The notes under the pieces were generated by a model, which was not told the origin of the DNA, searched no databases, and saw nothing but the letters and a program-made list of their open reading frames with translations. The translations under genes were made by a program, and so were the position numbers. Below are positions 1 to 13,157 of a stretch of 64,000 bases of DNA, piece after piece. The stretch comes from the human T2T-CHM13v2.0 reference genome, Homo sapiens. Position 1 is the stretch's first letter. Each line of letters opens with the position of its first letter. The stretch is taken from assembly GCF_009914755.1 (NCBI RefSeq), contig NC_060928.1. One strand, 5' to 3'.

Positions 1-2085
1 GTGGAAATTAATAAATGTGATTCAACACATAAACATAACTAAAAGCAAAATCATATGATCGTCTCAATAAATGCAGGAAAGCATCTGAAAATATTCAGCA
101 TCACTTCATGACAAAAACCCACAACAAATTAGGCATAGCAGGACATACCTCAAAATAATAAAAGCCATATATGACAAACCCACAGCCAACATCATACTGA
201 ATGTGAGAAAGTTGAAAGCATTCTCCCTAAGAATTGAAACAAGATGAGGCTTCCCACTTTCACAATTCCTATTCAACAGAAGTCATAGCTAGAGCAATCA
301 GGCAAGATAAAGAAATAAAAGACATCCAAATTGAAAAAGAGAAAGTTGAATGATTTATAATCCTTTGGGTATATACCCAGTAATAAGATTGCTGGGTCAA
401 ATGAAATCATTCTACTGTAAAGACACATGCACACATATGTTTATTGCAGCACTGTTCACAATAGCAAAGAGTTGGAACCAACCAAAATGCCCATCAATGA
501 TAGACTGGATAAAGAAAATGTGGCACATAAACACCATGGAATACTGTGAAGCCATAAAAAGGATGAGTTCATGCCCTTTGCAGGGACATGGATGAAGCTG
601 GAAACCATCATTCTCAGAAAACTAACACAAGGGCAGAAAACCAAACACCACATGTTCTCACTTATAAGTGTGAGTTGAATAATGAGAACATATGGACAGG
701 GAGGGGGGAACATCACACACCGGAGCCTGTCAGGGGTTGGGAGGCTAGGGGAGGGATAGCATTAGGAAAAATACCTAATGTAGATGACGGGTTGATGGGT
801 GCAGCAAATCACCATGGCACATGTACACCTATGTAACAAACCTGTATGTTCTGCACATGTACTCCAGAACTTAAAATCTAATAATAAAAATAAATAAATA
901 AATAAATGCAAAGAAAAAGAGAAAGTCAAGTTATCGTTGCTTGCTAATGACATAATGTTATACCTAGAAAACTCTAAAGACTCCTCCAAAAGAATTCTAG
1001 ATTTGACAAATGACTTCAGTAAAGTTTCAGGATACAAAATTAACATACAAAAATCAGTTGCATTTCTATACACCAATAATTATCAAGCTGAGAACCAAGT
1101 CTAGAGCTCAATACTATTTACAATTTCTACAAAAAAGTAAAATACCTAGGAATACATTTAACCTAGCCAAGGAGGTGAAAGATCTCTGCAAGATGAACTA
1201 AAAATCACTAATGAAATAAATCATAAAACACACAAACAAATGGAAAAACATTTCATGTTTATGGGTTGGATGAATCAATATTGATAAAATGATCATATTG
1301 TCCAAAGCCCTCTACAGATTCAGTGCAATTTTTTGTCAAATTACAAATGTCATTTTTCACAGAATTGGAATAAACAATCCTCAGATTCCTATAGAATCAA
1401 AAAATAGTCTGAATAGCCAAAGCAACCCTAAGCAAAAAGAACAAAGCTGGAGGTATCACATTGTCTGGCTGCAAATTATACTACAAGCCTATAGTAACCA
1501 AAACAGCATGGTACTGGTATAAAAATAGACACAAAAATCAATGGAACATAATAGAGAACCCAGAAATAAAGCTGCATACCTACAGTCAACTGATCTTTCA
1601 CAAAGTAGACACAAATATACACTGGGGCAAGGACATTCTATTCAATAAATAGTGCTGGGAAAGTTGGATAGCCATATATAGAAGAATGAAACTGGACCCA
1701 TATCTCTCACCATATATAAAAATTAACTAAGATGAAAATCACACGTACATGCACACACACACGCACACACACCATTGACTATTACTCAACTATACAAAAG
1801 AATAAAATCATGTGGGCTTTTTTTGCAGTAACATGGATGAAATTGGAGTCTATTAAGAGAAATAACTTAGAAACAAATGTCAAATACCGCATATTCTCGC
1901 TTATAAATGGTAGCTAAAAAATGTGTACACATGGACATACAGAGTGGAATAACAGACGTTGAAGACTCCAAAAGGTGGGAAGTTGAAAGTGGGGCAAGGG
2001 ATGAAAAATTACCCATTGGGTACAATGTACATTACTCAGCTGATATTCATATAACAAAACTGCACTTGTACTCCCTAAATTCATT
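1..2085 (+). mobile_element. Old L1 (L1PB/L1MA-age) ORF2 RT region plus 3'UTR, interrupted at 347-912 by a younger L1 and internally deleted near 1735
   Basis: Contains L1 ORF2 hallmark sequences (aaacccacagccaacatcatactgaatg; aaaacagcatggtactggtat; ttcaataaatagtgctggga). It then jumps to an L1PB/MA-type 3'UTR (gagtggaataacagac...aaaaattacccattgggtacaatg...tgcacttgtactccctaaat). Many stops and frameshifts. Confidence 0.9.
347..912 (+). mobile_element. 5'-truncated L1PA 3' end with 5' inversion, poly(A) tail and 14-bp TSD
   Basis: L1PA ORF2 end and 3'UTR ([17 protein letters not shown]-type sequence; gggagggatagcattagga; gcagcaaatcaccatggcac) with an A-rich tail at ~880-912. TSD gaaaaagagaaagt at 333-346 and 913-926. 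Confidence 0.93.
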
Positions 2086-2534
2086 TTTTAAACCTCACAA
2101 TATCTACAAAGGCCAATAACGAGAAGTGCAATAAAATGAAAAAATAAAAAATAAGGCCAGCTCAAAAGCTTGAAGCATTCTAACATTTAGAAATGAAAAA
2201 GAGAAAGTACCAGCAAACATCAAAAAGGTGTAACCAAGAAACTTATTTACTAAAGCTTACTTTCAAGACAACTCAGTATCTTAAAAATTGTCTATATTTT
2301 ACTTATCAAATAAACTCTGATGATACAGGTCATGGATCTCTATTTCCCACAAATCGAGTATAATTACATGTCTTTTAAGACTTCCCTATTGATATCAATG
2401 AATAATACAAAGATTTGTAAGAATTTGCAAAAATCATCACAGGTGTAATCACCAGCTAGGTGTCAAGCATTTTTTTAAAAAAAAGATTTATTCAAGTACA
2501 ACACACATACATAAAATAAGCAAAAGTATACTAA

Positions 2535-2834
<300 letters not shown>

Positions 2835-2899
2835 AAGTATACTAATCTTAAGTGTATATCTCAGTATTTGTTTGTAGATATGGAAGTGACATATCTACA

Positions 2900-3697
2900 T
2901 GTCAAGTGACACCAACTCTTACACGAAATTGTGTGATTTTCTGACTCCAACTGCATGTCCAACAGTTCAATTCAATTCTGAAACCAATTCCAAGAGTTTT
3001 CATAGACTGCACAGATTAATGATTTAGTCCTGCAAAACTCCCCCTACTTCAGTCATCTGTCCAAATTCCAGGGCAGGACAGGTCAGTGGTTATGGCCTGA
3101 AGTTCAGAAATACGGTACCTATATTTCTGAACAACTGGCTGTTAATTAGGAGTTCCACAACCCTCTCCTCAGGCTTGACAATTCACTAGAAGTACTCACA
3201 GAACTCTGGAAAACACTTTACCTGCATTTACTTGTTTATTATAAAGGATACAGCTTAGGAATAGGCATATGGAAAATACGCATAGGGCAAGGTATGGGGG
3301 AATGAGACTGTAGACCACGCGTGCAACGTTGAGGCATGGCACCCTTGATGTGTTCACTGATGTGAAAACTCCCTGAATCCTATATTTATGGTTTTTATGG
3401 AAGTCTCATTATGTAGGTATGATTGATTAAGTCATCACCCATTGGTGATTAAACTCAATTTTTGGTCCTTTTCCCCTCTCTGGAGGTTGGGAGATAGCCC
3501 TAAAAATTCCAATTCTCTAAACATGTATTGGTCTTTTTGATGACCAGCCCATATCCTGAAGCTATCATGGGCCCCAGCCATCTGTCATCTAATCAATCAG
3601 GATAAAAGACATTCTTATCAATCAGGACATCTCAAGAGTTTTAGATTTGTGTCAGAAACAGGTGAAATAGACCAAATATTTCTTTCTTATTGCACCA
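2900..3697 (-). mobile_element. Solo LTR, MER21-like
   Basis: Reverse complement begins tggtgcaataagaaagaaatatttggtc...gacacaaatctaaaactcttg, resembling the MER21C start. Contains the internal caattcaattctga motif. Confidence 0.75.
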
Positions 3698-4359
3698 GAA
3701 CTTATATATACCTTGAAGCAAAAGTCAGATCATAATATAGAATATTTTGGAAATTTGCTTCCTGGATGTCTTGATAATTCTTTGAAGTCCACTTCATTCT
3801 TAGCTCCAACCTCAACAATCCTAGTGGTCCTGAGAAAGCCAGACTGAGATTCTAGTGACATCTCAGAAACTAGACTGTGAGAGGTTTGATCTATGGGACA
3901 TTCTGTAATACATATTGAATCCTAAAAAGGTGTTCAGTTGTCTGCAGTTGGCAGGCTAGGGAGAGTGATGGGAAAGATTTCTAAATAGAGTCTACCAGTT
4001 GTTGGAAAATAATCTATTCTACATAAATACAACAGCAATGCAAAAGAACATCTTTCTACCAAAGACAACAAGTTATCTCTTTTTAAAATTTTTTTCACAA
4101 GACATTTTAATGTTTTTCTGAAGTGCTCTAGAATATTTTCTAAATATGCCAAGATTTCCAGATATATCAGATTTCCTAAGCACTTTATTAGTCACTAGAA
4201 AAATATGGAAATCCAATAATGCACTGAGGCATTCTTTCTCTCTAACAGGTCAAATCTAGAGGTCAAAAGACTATTTTCTACTTAGGTTTATCTGGTAATA
4301 GTCCCTCCACAGTTTCTAATGTGACTTTTAACATTAAGGGTTATTAAGCCAGGAAAACT

Positions 4360-5330
4360 CTCAGTTTCCACTTCAGTACATGAGAAGCTGGAAGGAGCCA
4401 CTCTGTCCTAACTCATAAGAAGCTGAACAAACTGAAAAAATCAACAACTCTTCTTAGATCCATCAGAGAGGTGAATTCAACAGGGCAAATTATTGCCCCA
4501 AATGCAAAGGTGAATACAGAGACTCTCAGCTTGCCAAAGCAGAAACTTTCAGGAGAACCAGTGCTGGGTTAGGAAAATCTGAACTGTAATTGATGAATTG
4601 CTAGAGACTCAGCATAAACAAGTCTGACATAAAATCTCCAGGGAGACCTAGCTATCAGTGCCCCCACACGTTTATGAGTTTTACCTCCAGCAGCTTAACC
4701 AGATCCTTATAGTAAATATGGGGGAAAAAATTCCTCATGCTTCCAGCAGAGGGAGGGGAAAAGGAACCATTTTTAAATACACCGGAGCACGCTTTTCTAC
4801 TTAACAAGATCTGCACTCAGGAAAAACTATTTAATGAGAGCATAACTTAATGGAGTTTTATCAGAAATTAAACTACCTGGAGGAAAGGAAATACACAAAT
4901 TCAGTCCCCCTAGTCTTCCATGTGGAAGAAGGAAAATATTCAATTACAAACCACTCTAAATGTACCAATTAAAAAACAGAGATGGTCAGAGTGGATTAAA
5001 AAAATAAACAAAATCAACTATATGTTGCCTAAAGAAATCCACTTTAAATGTTTTTTAAAAATATAGATTAAAAGTAAGTGTATGGAGAAAGAAATATGCT
5101 AACACTAATCAAAAACAAGCAGGCATAGCTGTATAAATTTCAGACAGCTCAGACTTCAGACCAAGAAAAGTTATCCGGGATAAAGAAGGGCATTACATAA
5201 TGGTAATTGCGTCAATTTTCCAAAACACATAACTGTTTTTAATGTGTACGTGCCCAACAACCGAGTGTCAAACTATGTAAGGTAAAAACTGATCTAACTG
5301 CAAGGAGAAATAGATGAAGCCACTACAGGA
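4360..5330 (+). mobile_element. L1M (L1MC-type) 5' region and ORF2 endonuclease remnant
   Basis: aagctgaacaaactgaaaaaatcaacaactcttcttagatccatcagag is typical of an L1M 5' end. EN-like taaatgtaccaattaaaaaacagaga...gtggattaaaa...cattacataatg runs from ~4955. Confidence 0.75.
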
Positions 5331-5356
5331 CTACCTGTTGTAGGCCTATATAGGGA

Positions 5357-5432
5357 ACCTCCATTATAATCTTAAGGAACCAGTATTTATGTGGTCTGTC
5401 ATTGACTGAACATCATTATGTGGCACATGAAT
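5357..5432 (+). mobile_element. Tigger3/MER7 (Golem) terminal fragment
   Basis: ccattataatcttaaggaacc...tgtggtctgtcattgactgaacatcattatgtggcacatga matches the Tigger3 terminal sequence. Confidence 0.75.
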
Positions 5433-5434
5433 TC

Positions 5435-6905
5435 ACTGTCAACTGATTTTTGACATAGAAGTAAAAACAATACAATGGAGAAAAAAATTGTCTTTTCAAC
5501 AAATGGTGCTGGAAAAATTGGACATGCACATGGAAAAAAATTATACCTAGACATAGACCTTACATGCTTCATCAAAGTTAACTCAAAATGGATCACAGAC
5601 CTAAATGTAAAACAGAAAATTATAAAACTTTTAGAAGGTAACATGGAAGAAAACATAAATGTCCTTAGGTATAGTGGTGACATTTTAGATACAATACCAA
5701 AGGCACAATCCAGGAAATATATGTGATAAACTTGACTTCATCATAATTACAAACTACTGTTCTGTGAAAGACAGTATCAAGAGAATAAAAAAAAAGCCAC
5801 AGATTGGGAGAAAATATTTGCAAAAGACACATAAAAATATGCCTCACATCATATGACATCCATCAGGGAAATGTAAATCAAACAGCAATGAAATAGCCCT
5901 ATGCACGCATTAAAATGGCCAAAATCCAGAACCCTGACAGTGCCAAGTGTGGGAATGAATGTTCAGTAACAGGAACTCTCATTCTTATTTGAAATACAAA
6001 ATGGTACAACCATTTTTGAAGACATTTTGGCAGTTTCTCCCAGAACTAAACACACTCTTACATTATGATCCAGTCATCATGCTCCCAGACATTTACTCGA
6101 AGGACTAGAAAACATAGGTCCACATTAAAACTTCACACAGAGGAGAATGGCGTGAACCCGGGAGGCGGAGCTTGCAGTGAGTCGAGATCGCGCCACTGCA
6201 CTCCAGCCTGGGCGACAGAGCGAAACTCCGTCTCAAAAAAAAAAAAAAAAAAAACTTCACACAGATGTTTATAGCAGCTTTATTCATAATTGCCAAAACC
6301 TAGAAGTAACCAAGATGTCCTTTAGTAGATGAATGGATAAATAAATGGTGGTATATCCAGAAAATGGAATATTACTTAGTGCTAAAAAGAAATATGCTAT
6401 CAAGCCATGAAAATACACATGGAAACTTAAAGGCATATTACTGTGTGAAAGGAGTCAATCTGAAATGGCTACATACTATATTACTTCAACTATATGACAT
6501 TCTGGAAAATATAAAAATACGGAGACAGTAAAAACAATTAGTGTTTTCCAGTGGTTAGGAAGAGGAAAGAATAAACAAGAGGAGCACAGATAAGTTTTTG
6601 GACAACTAAACTATCTGTATAATACTTTAATGGTTGAGATATGCCATTATAAATTTGTCCAAACCCATAAAATGTATAATACAATACCAAGAGTGAACCT
6701 TAATGTAAATTATGGACTTTGTGTGACGCTGTGTCGAGGTTAGGTCACCAGTTGTATCAAATGTACCACTTTGTTGAGAGATGTTGATAATGGAGGAAGC
6801 TCTGGATGAGTGAGGGCAGAGGGTATATGGGAAATCTCTGTAACGTCCACTCAATTTTGTTGTGAAGCCAATACTTCTCTAGAAAAATAAAGCCAATTTA
6901 AAAAA
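5435..6905 (+). mobile_element. L1MC1-like ORF2 3' part and 3'UTR
   Basis: gtcttttcaacaaatggtgctgg; caactatatgacattctggaaaa; ccaagagtgaaccttaatgtaaattatggacttt; gggtatatgggaaatctctgta; ends in an A-rich tail. Confidence 0.88.
6141..6250 (+). mobile_element. 5'-truncated young AluY (right-arm 3' part) with TSD
   Basis: aggagaatggcgtgaacccgggaggcggagcttgcagtgag carries AluY diagnostics, with CpGs essentially intact and a pure A-tail. TSD aaaacttcacacag at 6127-6140 and 6251-6264. Confidence 0.95.
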
Positions 6906-7019
6906 AATCACATAAAAAACAAATATTAGTCCACTTGAGGATCATAGAATTTGGAACAAAATATCTTCCTCAATTTTAATCCCTTTTATTCTCTATTATT
7001 ATAATATTTATTCTTCAGT

Positions 7020-7410
7020 TTCTCCCCTGCTTCATTCTCCATCCTACATGAGTTTGTCCTGCTCTGTGACTTGAAATGGGGCAAGAAATATTAACTTATT
7101 TAGACAGTATCTCCCCAGTTTCACTTAACCTCTGCCTTCCAGTTGGCATCAGCCAATAAAGATTTTGGCAGCACGTAAGAGAAGAGGTAGTAGGAGGTCA
7201 GGAGGGTCTCCTTAAATAGTTTGAGCTTTTATTGGCTTTTATAACCCTCTTTCCTTGTATTGTCACTTTAGTCCTTGTTGTAATAATGTTTTCCTATTGT
7301 TATTTCCTTGGTGTCTCAACATTCTATATTGGTTCGTATAACCATGCCTACCCCTCTTTAATTAAGGCTAGCTGTGCCTTCTGTATTCTGTCAAGACTTT
7401 GACTAATACA
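7020..7410 (-). mobile_element. LTR33-like ERVL LTR (old)
   Basis: cctgctctgtg...ctctgccttccagttggcatcagccaat and the terminus tgtgccttctgtattctgtcaagactttgactaataca. Confidence 0.6.
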
Positions 7411-8746
7411 ATTCTTTAGCATATGTTTGATTTTATTCATTTTTCTAATATACTAATATAACCGGAAATGTTAATGAATCTGGAGACCAAGATAAAAAGT
7501 CATTGATTAAGCATTTATTAATATGTTCCCTTATTTCATTGGCTTACAGTGTTCCCTATAGAATTGTTCCCAAATGCTCATTGGTCCTGAAACTCTATCT
7601 GCTTCTCATTCTCAAAATCCACATTATACTAATCAGTAGAGAACACTTTCCTCCCTCCTGTGGCTTCTTCTGTAATGTATCTTTCCTTAGTGTGCTGTAC
7701 CTACTTATTATGGCTCTGTTGAACAGGGGAAGTCTGTGGCCGACTTCCTAGGCGTCCTGGTTTCCACCCCATGGGAAGCATAAACATAGAGAACGTTGCT
7801 TTCAATTAGTGAAAGCACCCTGGGCAGAATCCCCTGGATCCTGCACATGCTCACAACAGCAACTATTATTTTTCTTATCCTGACAATTGCCTTTGACAAG
7901 TTGGTTTTTGTGTATTTGATTAACTGCTTTATTTTTTCGTCCCTCTCACAGATTCTACACACTTGCATAATATTTGAGTTCTTGGTATGTAAACAATGAG
8001 CCCCAGGTTGACTTCTTATCCAATAAATACAACACACCTTGTGTAGGTGCATTTGATTAGCATGTTGAAAGAAATATACCCATCAATTAGAAATATTTCT
8101 CATAGACTTTCAAAAATTGTAGAAATCTAACTTTATCTTAAAATTCCAGATTATTTAATGCACATCTAAGAACATTTCTTCATAGACAATAGTCCCTGGA
8201 TAAATTCAGCTAGAAAATGTTGTGGGTCGCATTATTATAGACTCAAAAAGTAAAGTACCATCCAAACTCTGAGTCAAGCATGCATTTTTGGCTTTAGCTC
8301 ATATCCACTTATCCCACTACTTCAAGGGCTCTAGTGTGTTTAACACGTCCATCTCTACAGTTTTTTTCCTCCCTGTGAGAATTAATTTATTCCTTCTACC
8401 ATACTTGCTTATCTTGGACTGACTCCTAGACCTGGACATCATTCCAATGACAGTTTGGTGATATGATGCAGGGTATCTAGCTTGTTTCTCCAGTGTTTGT
8501 TGATTTAAGCATGCCAGACAATATCCTAATGTTCAAAACCCTGAAAGGTAGCCTTCACAAATATTGCACATCCATTATGCACTATAAATTCTGGAAGGAT
8601 ATACAGGTATAGTTCCTTTCCAGGAAAGAAACAGAAAAGCAATCTTAACATGAGTGGATCACAAACACACACAGAGCCAGAGAAAGATCTAAACTTTTCC
8701 TTCCTGTACATATTGAGTTGCCTTTTATACATAAATAAAACCTTTC

Positions 8747-9051
8747 AGCCGGGCACAGTGTCTCACGCCTGTAATCCCAACACTTTAGAAAGCTAAGACA
8801 GGTGGATTGCTTGAGCCCAAGTATAAAAGACCAGCCTGGGCAATACAATGAAATCCTGTCTCTACAAAAAAAAGTACAATAATTAGCCAGACATGGTGAC
8901 ATGTGCCTGCAGTCCTAGCTACTAGGGAGGCTGAAGTGAGAGAATCATTTGAGCCCAGGAGGCAGAGGTTGCAGTGAGCTGTGATTGCACTCCAGCCTGG
9001 CTAATGGAGCAAGACCCTGTCTCAATAAATGAATGAATGAATAAATGAATG
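8747..9051 (+). mobile_element. AluJ
   Basis: gccgggcacagtgtctcacgcctgtaatc...ttgagccca...gcaagaccctgtctc with a (TGAA)n tail and degenerate TSD aaaccttt. Confidence 0.95.
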
Positions 9052-9944
9052 AAACCTTTGAATTGATATACAGAAGCCTGCTTCTCCTTGCACAGAGTAC
9101 AAGTCCAGGCAGACTTGAAACAGGCTCCATTCTGAGAAGCAATTAATAGAGAGCTTTTACTGTTTGTAGACACAGAAGAGAGATGGTGTTTCCCATTTTA
9201 TGTGGTTAAGACTAATAGTAATACTCCTTGTCATACTCATACTAATGTAATTTTAAAAGAACATGATGAGAAAGCAGTCCTAGATATTCAGCAATTTCTT
9301 AGCTAATTTAATATTTGTGTATAAACATTTTGTAAACTAGAAATGTAAATATTTTTAACTTTTAAATGGGATTTACTCCTATGTTTTTACTTATTTTTAA
9401 AACTATAGGATGATTCCTTTGATAATTTATATTTAATTTTTTCTTAAATATACCACCAACATCAAAGTATTTGTTTCCACTTATTTTATAGTATGTTTCT
9501 AATTTTCAGAGAGAGAAATATACATTCTCATTTTGTCTTCCTATAAACAATACCATGAATTTGCTCTGTACCTAGGCATAGAAGTCAAGTATGTGGTCTC
9601 TATGCAGATTTGGTCATTCAATACGTAAAATCAACTGATCCAGTAAAAGTTTCCTTTCATGACCTTGGGCTCATTGGTATTATTTTCTAATCTATATAAC
9701 TAATTTTATAACTTTTAGACTATCAATGTATAGTATTATAAAATTACTTAGATGCATTTGACATGATTGGACATATTTTGTGTATTATTTCTGTATGTAT
9801 GATCTGAAGTTTTATTATTTATCCATCTATCTATCTGTTTAAAGTTGGAGATCCACCAGGACAGTTAAGATTTAAAGGGCTGTGATCTTGAAGAGGAATT
9901 CACTGCATAAGTGTTAACCTTACATTCAGCATGTCTTTTCCATA

Positions 9945-10100
9945 TATACACACACACCTTACATGCATATATGTGTGTATAAGGGGTGTGTGAAGGGGTG
10001 CCTGTGTGTGTGTGGGTTTTATATATATATACACACATATATATATATAAAATACATATATATTATATATATGTAAAGTATATATATTACACACACACAT
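9945..10100. repeat. Compound (CA)/(TG)/(TA)n microsatellite
   Basis: Dinucleotide runs are directly visible. Confidence 0.85.
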
Positions 10101-10221
10101 CTTTGATCTCTTTTACTTATCATGGAAAAATGGAAAAATTCTGAAATAAAGCTACTTAAGAAAATAGCAGTTTATTTTATATGCACTCTTTCCAAGGATA
10201 AAAAAATAAAAATATACTTTA

Positions 10222-10390
10222 GGAGCCATATACTGGCTCTTGAAGCTTCACTCAGAAGTGACATGTATCACTTCTAATCACCATTACTGGGCAAAGCAAG
10301 TCAATGACTAAATCTTACCTTAGTGCGGTGAGCAAAATGTTTCTTTTCCTGGGAGTAGCATCAGCATAGGTAGCAAACTGTAATATACCC
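10222..10390 (-). mobile_element. Ancient MLT1 (MaLR) LTR fragment
   Basis: ggctcttgaagcttc...gaagtgacatgtatcacttct...cattactgggcaaagcaagtca resembles MLT1J-N. Confidence 0.5.
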
Positions 10391-11989
10391 TAAATCAGAT
10401 TACTGTCATTGAGGTTATCACTTAAAATATCATAGTTGCTTAAATTTAAGGCAAATGATTCTTCAGTTATTTTTTCTATAAATTCAATGTAATAAGTTAT
10501 GAATCATATTTTTATTTTTTTATCCCTGGAGAAAAAATTCATACGTGTGGAAAAACAAACACAAAAGTAGTGCTTTCAAGATGGGATATGCCTAAGTTTT
10601 CCCATTAATGAGCTAAATGATTTTTTTAACAGACACACTTGGAGGCTGAAGTAGCTGGGGACTGATGGATACAGATGGATGGTGAGCTAGGGAATTGGAG
10701 CTGTTCTAATTTGCACAGAAGCTAAGTATGAATGAATCTTTTTGTGGCATATTTTTCTAGGGTTCATTTGAATGTTAAATATAAATGAGTGAAAATATGT
10801 TTCCAATATAACACTTAGGCTTCTTCCTCTCCCCATTAAAATTTACTTAGATAATTAGTAATGTGTAATGTACCCAAGAACTACAAGAACTTTGTCTTTC
10901 CTGTTGCACTTACATTCTAAAGCAGAAGGTCCTGTCAAGAGCAAAAAAAATAAAAAATAAAAAATAAAAAACCTTCTTATAACTGAAACAGATATCCAAA
11001 ATGATAAGACCCAATAGAAGGAGAAAAAAACAGAACTACAGTGTAAATATAACTAACAAGTAAATAAAATAGCCACCAAACATATTAGCTTTCTTTGTTA
11101 AAATTCTTCAGAATGATTGTCCACACAAATCGAGTCTGAAGTTCCAGTCCAAAGGACATACTGAAGGACAACTCTGGGCATTTGTGGCTCAGATAAATTA
11201 AAGAGGCTGTTGGGTCAATGCTGGGTTTCTCCAAAGAAAGGTGAAAGACAGCTGTCCATTTATGTATATTAAATGAGTATGGATTACTCTTGCTAACCAA
11301 TATAACATGCAATAGTATTTTGTGCACATGGTACCTATTAGTGAGAAGAGTAATATTGAGAGAACTTATCATGAGGACAAGAATTCTGCCTCAGAAAGTG
11401 TACTCATAATTAATAGATTTAATAGGTGGGATAAACCTGCATTTTAATGACATTTTATTTTCCATAAAGAATCAAAATAATATTGACATATTTTTAAGAG
11501 CATAAAATGCAATATATATGTATTTTAGAAAAACATAATCTATTTTCATACTAAAGTGAACTCTAATAATTTTTAATTCACTCATTAGTTCATATTAGTT
11601 ATTTCCTCTTTCAGAAAATCATTTCGTTTTTCTCCACATAATTTTCCTACAGATTGCCTCAGAGTGAGGGAAACTAAAGGTTGTAAAAGACACAGTGAAA
11701 TTAAAGCTCTGTTCCAAAGGGGTGACCAACAACACCACGGATAGGTGTTGGAATTATTTTTGAAAGCTGTGTACTGTCACTCCTTTATGAATCTTTGAAG
11801 CAACCTGAAACCAAATTAGCTTTTATTTATTAATTTTCTTAGATCTTCTGGATCCTGTCTTAATACAGTAGTTGCCTTAGTTAGACTAGGCATCAGATTC
11901 AGAATTCTGGGTCTTTTTCATGTCCTGATGATCTTTGAATTGTGAAAAGCTTATCATATCAATTTTTTTCCAGCTGTAAGCCTGGGTTT

Positions 11990-12205
11990 AATAATACTAC
12001 CTAACATTTGTTGAGTACTGACTATATGTCTGGCTCTATTATAAACGCTTATTTAACCCTAAAAAATACTCTGGGAAACTAGTACCATTATCATCCACAT
12101 TTTACAGATTTAGAAAAACTAAAGCTGTAGAAATGTTCTTAGCTAGGAAATGTATAGCCAGGACTCAAGCAGGCCATTTTGTCCCAGAGCCCTTAACTAT
12201 GACCA
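11990..12205 (-). mobile_element. MIR
   Basis: taacatttgttgagtactgactatatgtctggc...ccattatcatccacattttacagat...ccaggactcaa. Confidence 0.75.
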
Positions 12206-13157
12206 TCTCTACTTACATAAGATTCTATAAGAACAAAAATGTTCATCATAGCTAAGTTTTTCTAGGATATTCAAACAAAAGTAATAAATATGAAAAGATA
12301 AGGTTTACATTTTATCGTTATTTCTGACAAAGCATGAGTCATTTCTTTTGGTCATCTCTTTATATGACATAATTCCAGATGGAAAAGTATGTATTACACT
12401 GTAGTAACACATTCAGAAATACAGTAAGTAGAATTATTTAACCACATTATGTTCAGGAGAGACTAAAGCATTTACGTGCCAAGAATTTTTCTTCATACAG
12501 TTTGGTTTATACTAGCTTTCGGAAGCTGTCTTGTCCATTGAAAAAGTGTTTGTGAATAGTACATAGTGAATAGAAAATATTTTTGCAGATGTTCAGTGGT
12601 ATTCATGAGTTCCTGCAAACACCCGCAAACACCCACAAATTTTCCCCTGAGTCTTGGCTAATTTTCACTTCATAGATCTGTGAAATATTTTAAAATGAAA
12701 GAAGCATGTCAGGAAATCTTTGGTTGTCTGGTTCTTTCTTTCTTGGTTCCTGGTGTTTTATCTCTTACCCTGTTTTGCCACCAGGTTTCTTTTTCTATGC
12801 AAGAAACATGTATGTATTTGATCAATTTATTAAACACTTCCTGATGAAAAAATTTTCAACCTACAAGAAACGTAAAGAAATTTTAGAGTAAGTATTCTTA
12901 GATTCATCACCAATGTTGTGCCATTAAAATTTACTGCATTTGTTTCATCACATATCTTTTCATGTCTCTGATAGAGCCTTATTTTTTACACATTTCCAAG
13001 TAGGCTGCAAATATCTCTAGCTTGCCCCTAAATATTTCTGCATGCATATTATTAACTATAGTTAATCTTGTTAAGAGTGTTGTTTTTATTTTATGTAAAA
13101 TTTACATGCAATAAATGAAGAAGTCTAAATTGCACATTTGCAGAGTTTTGATATTGG

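Noticed and set aside
7708-8052. 114-aa minus-strand ORF in unique DNA
   Set aside because: No recognisable domain or coding-like composition, and the length is compatible with chance.
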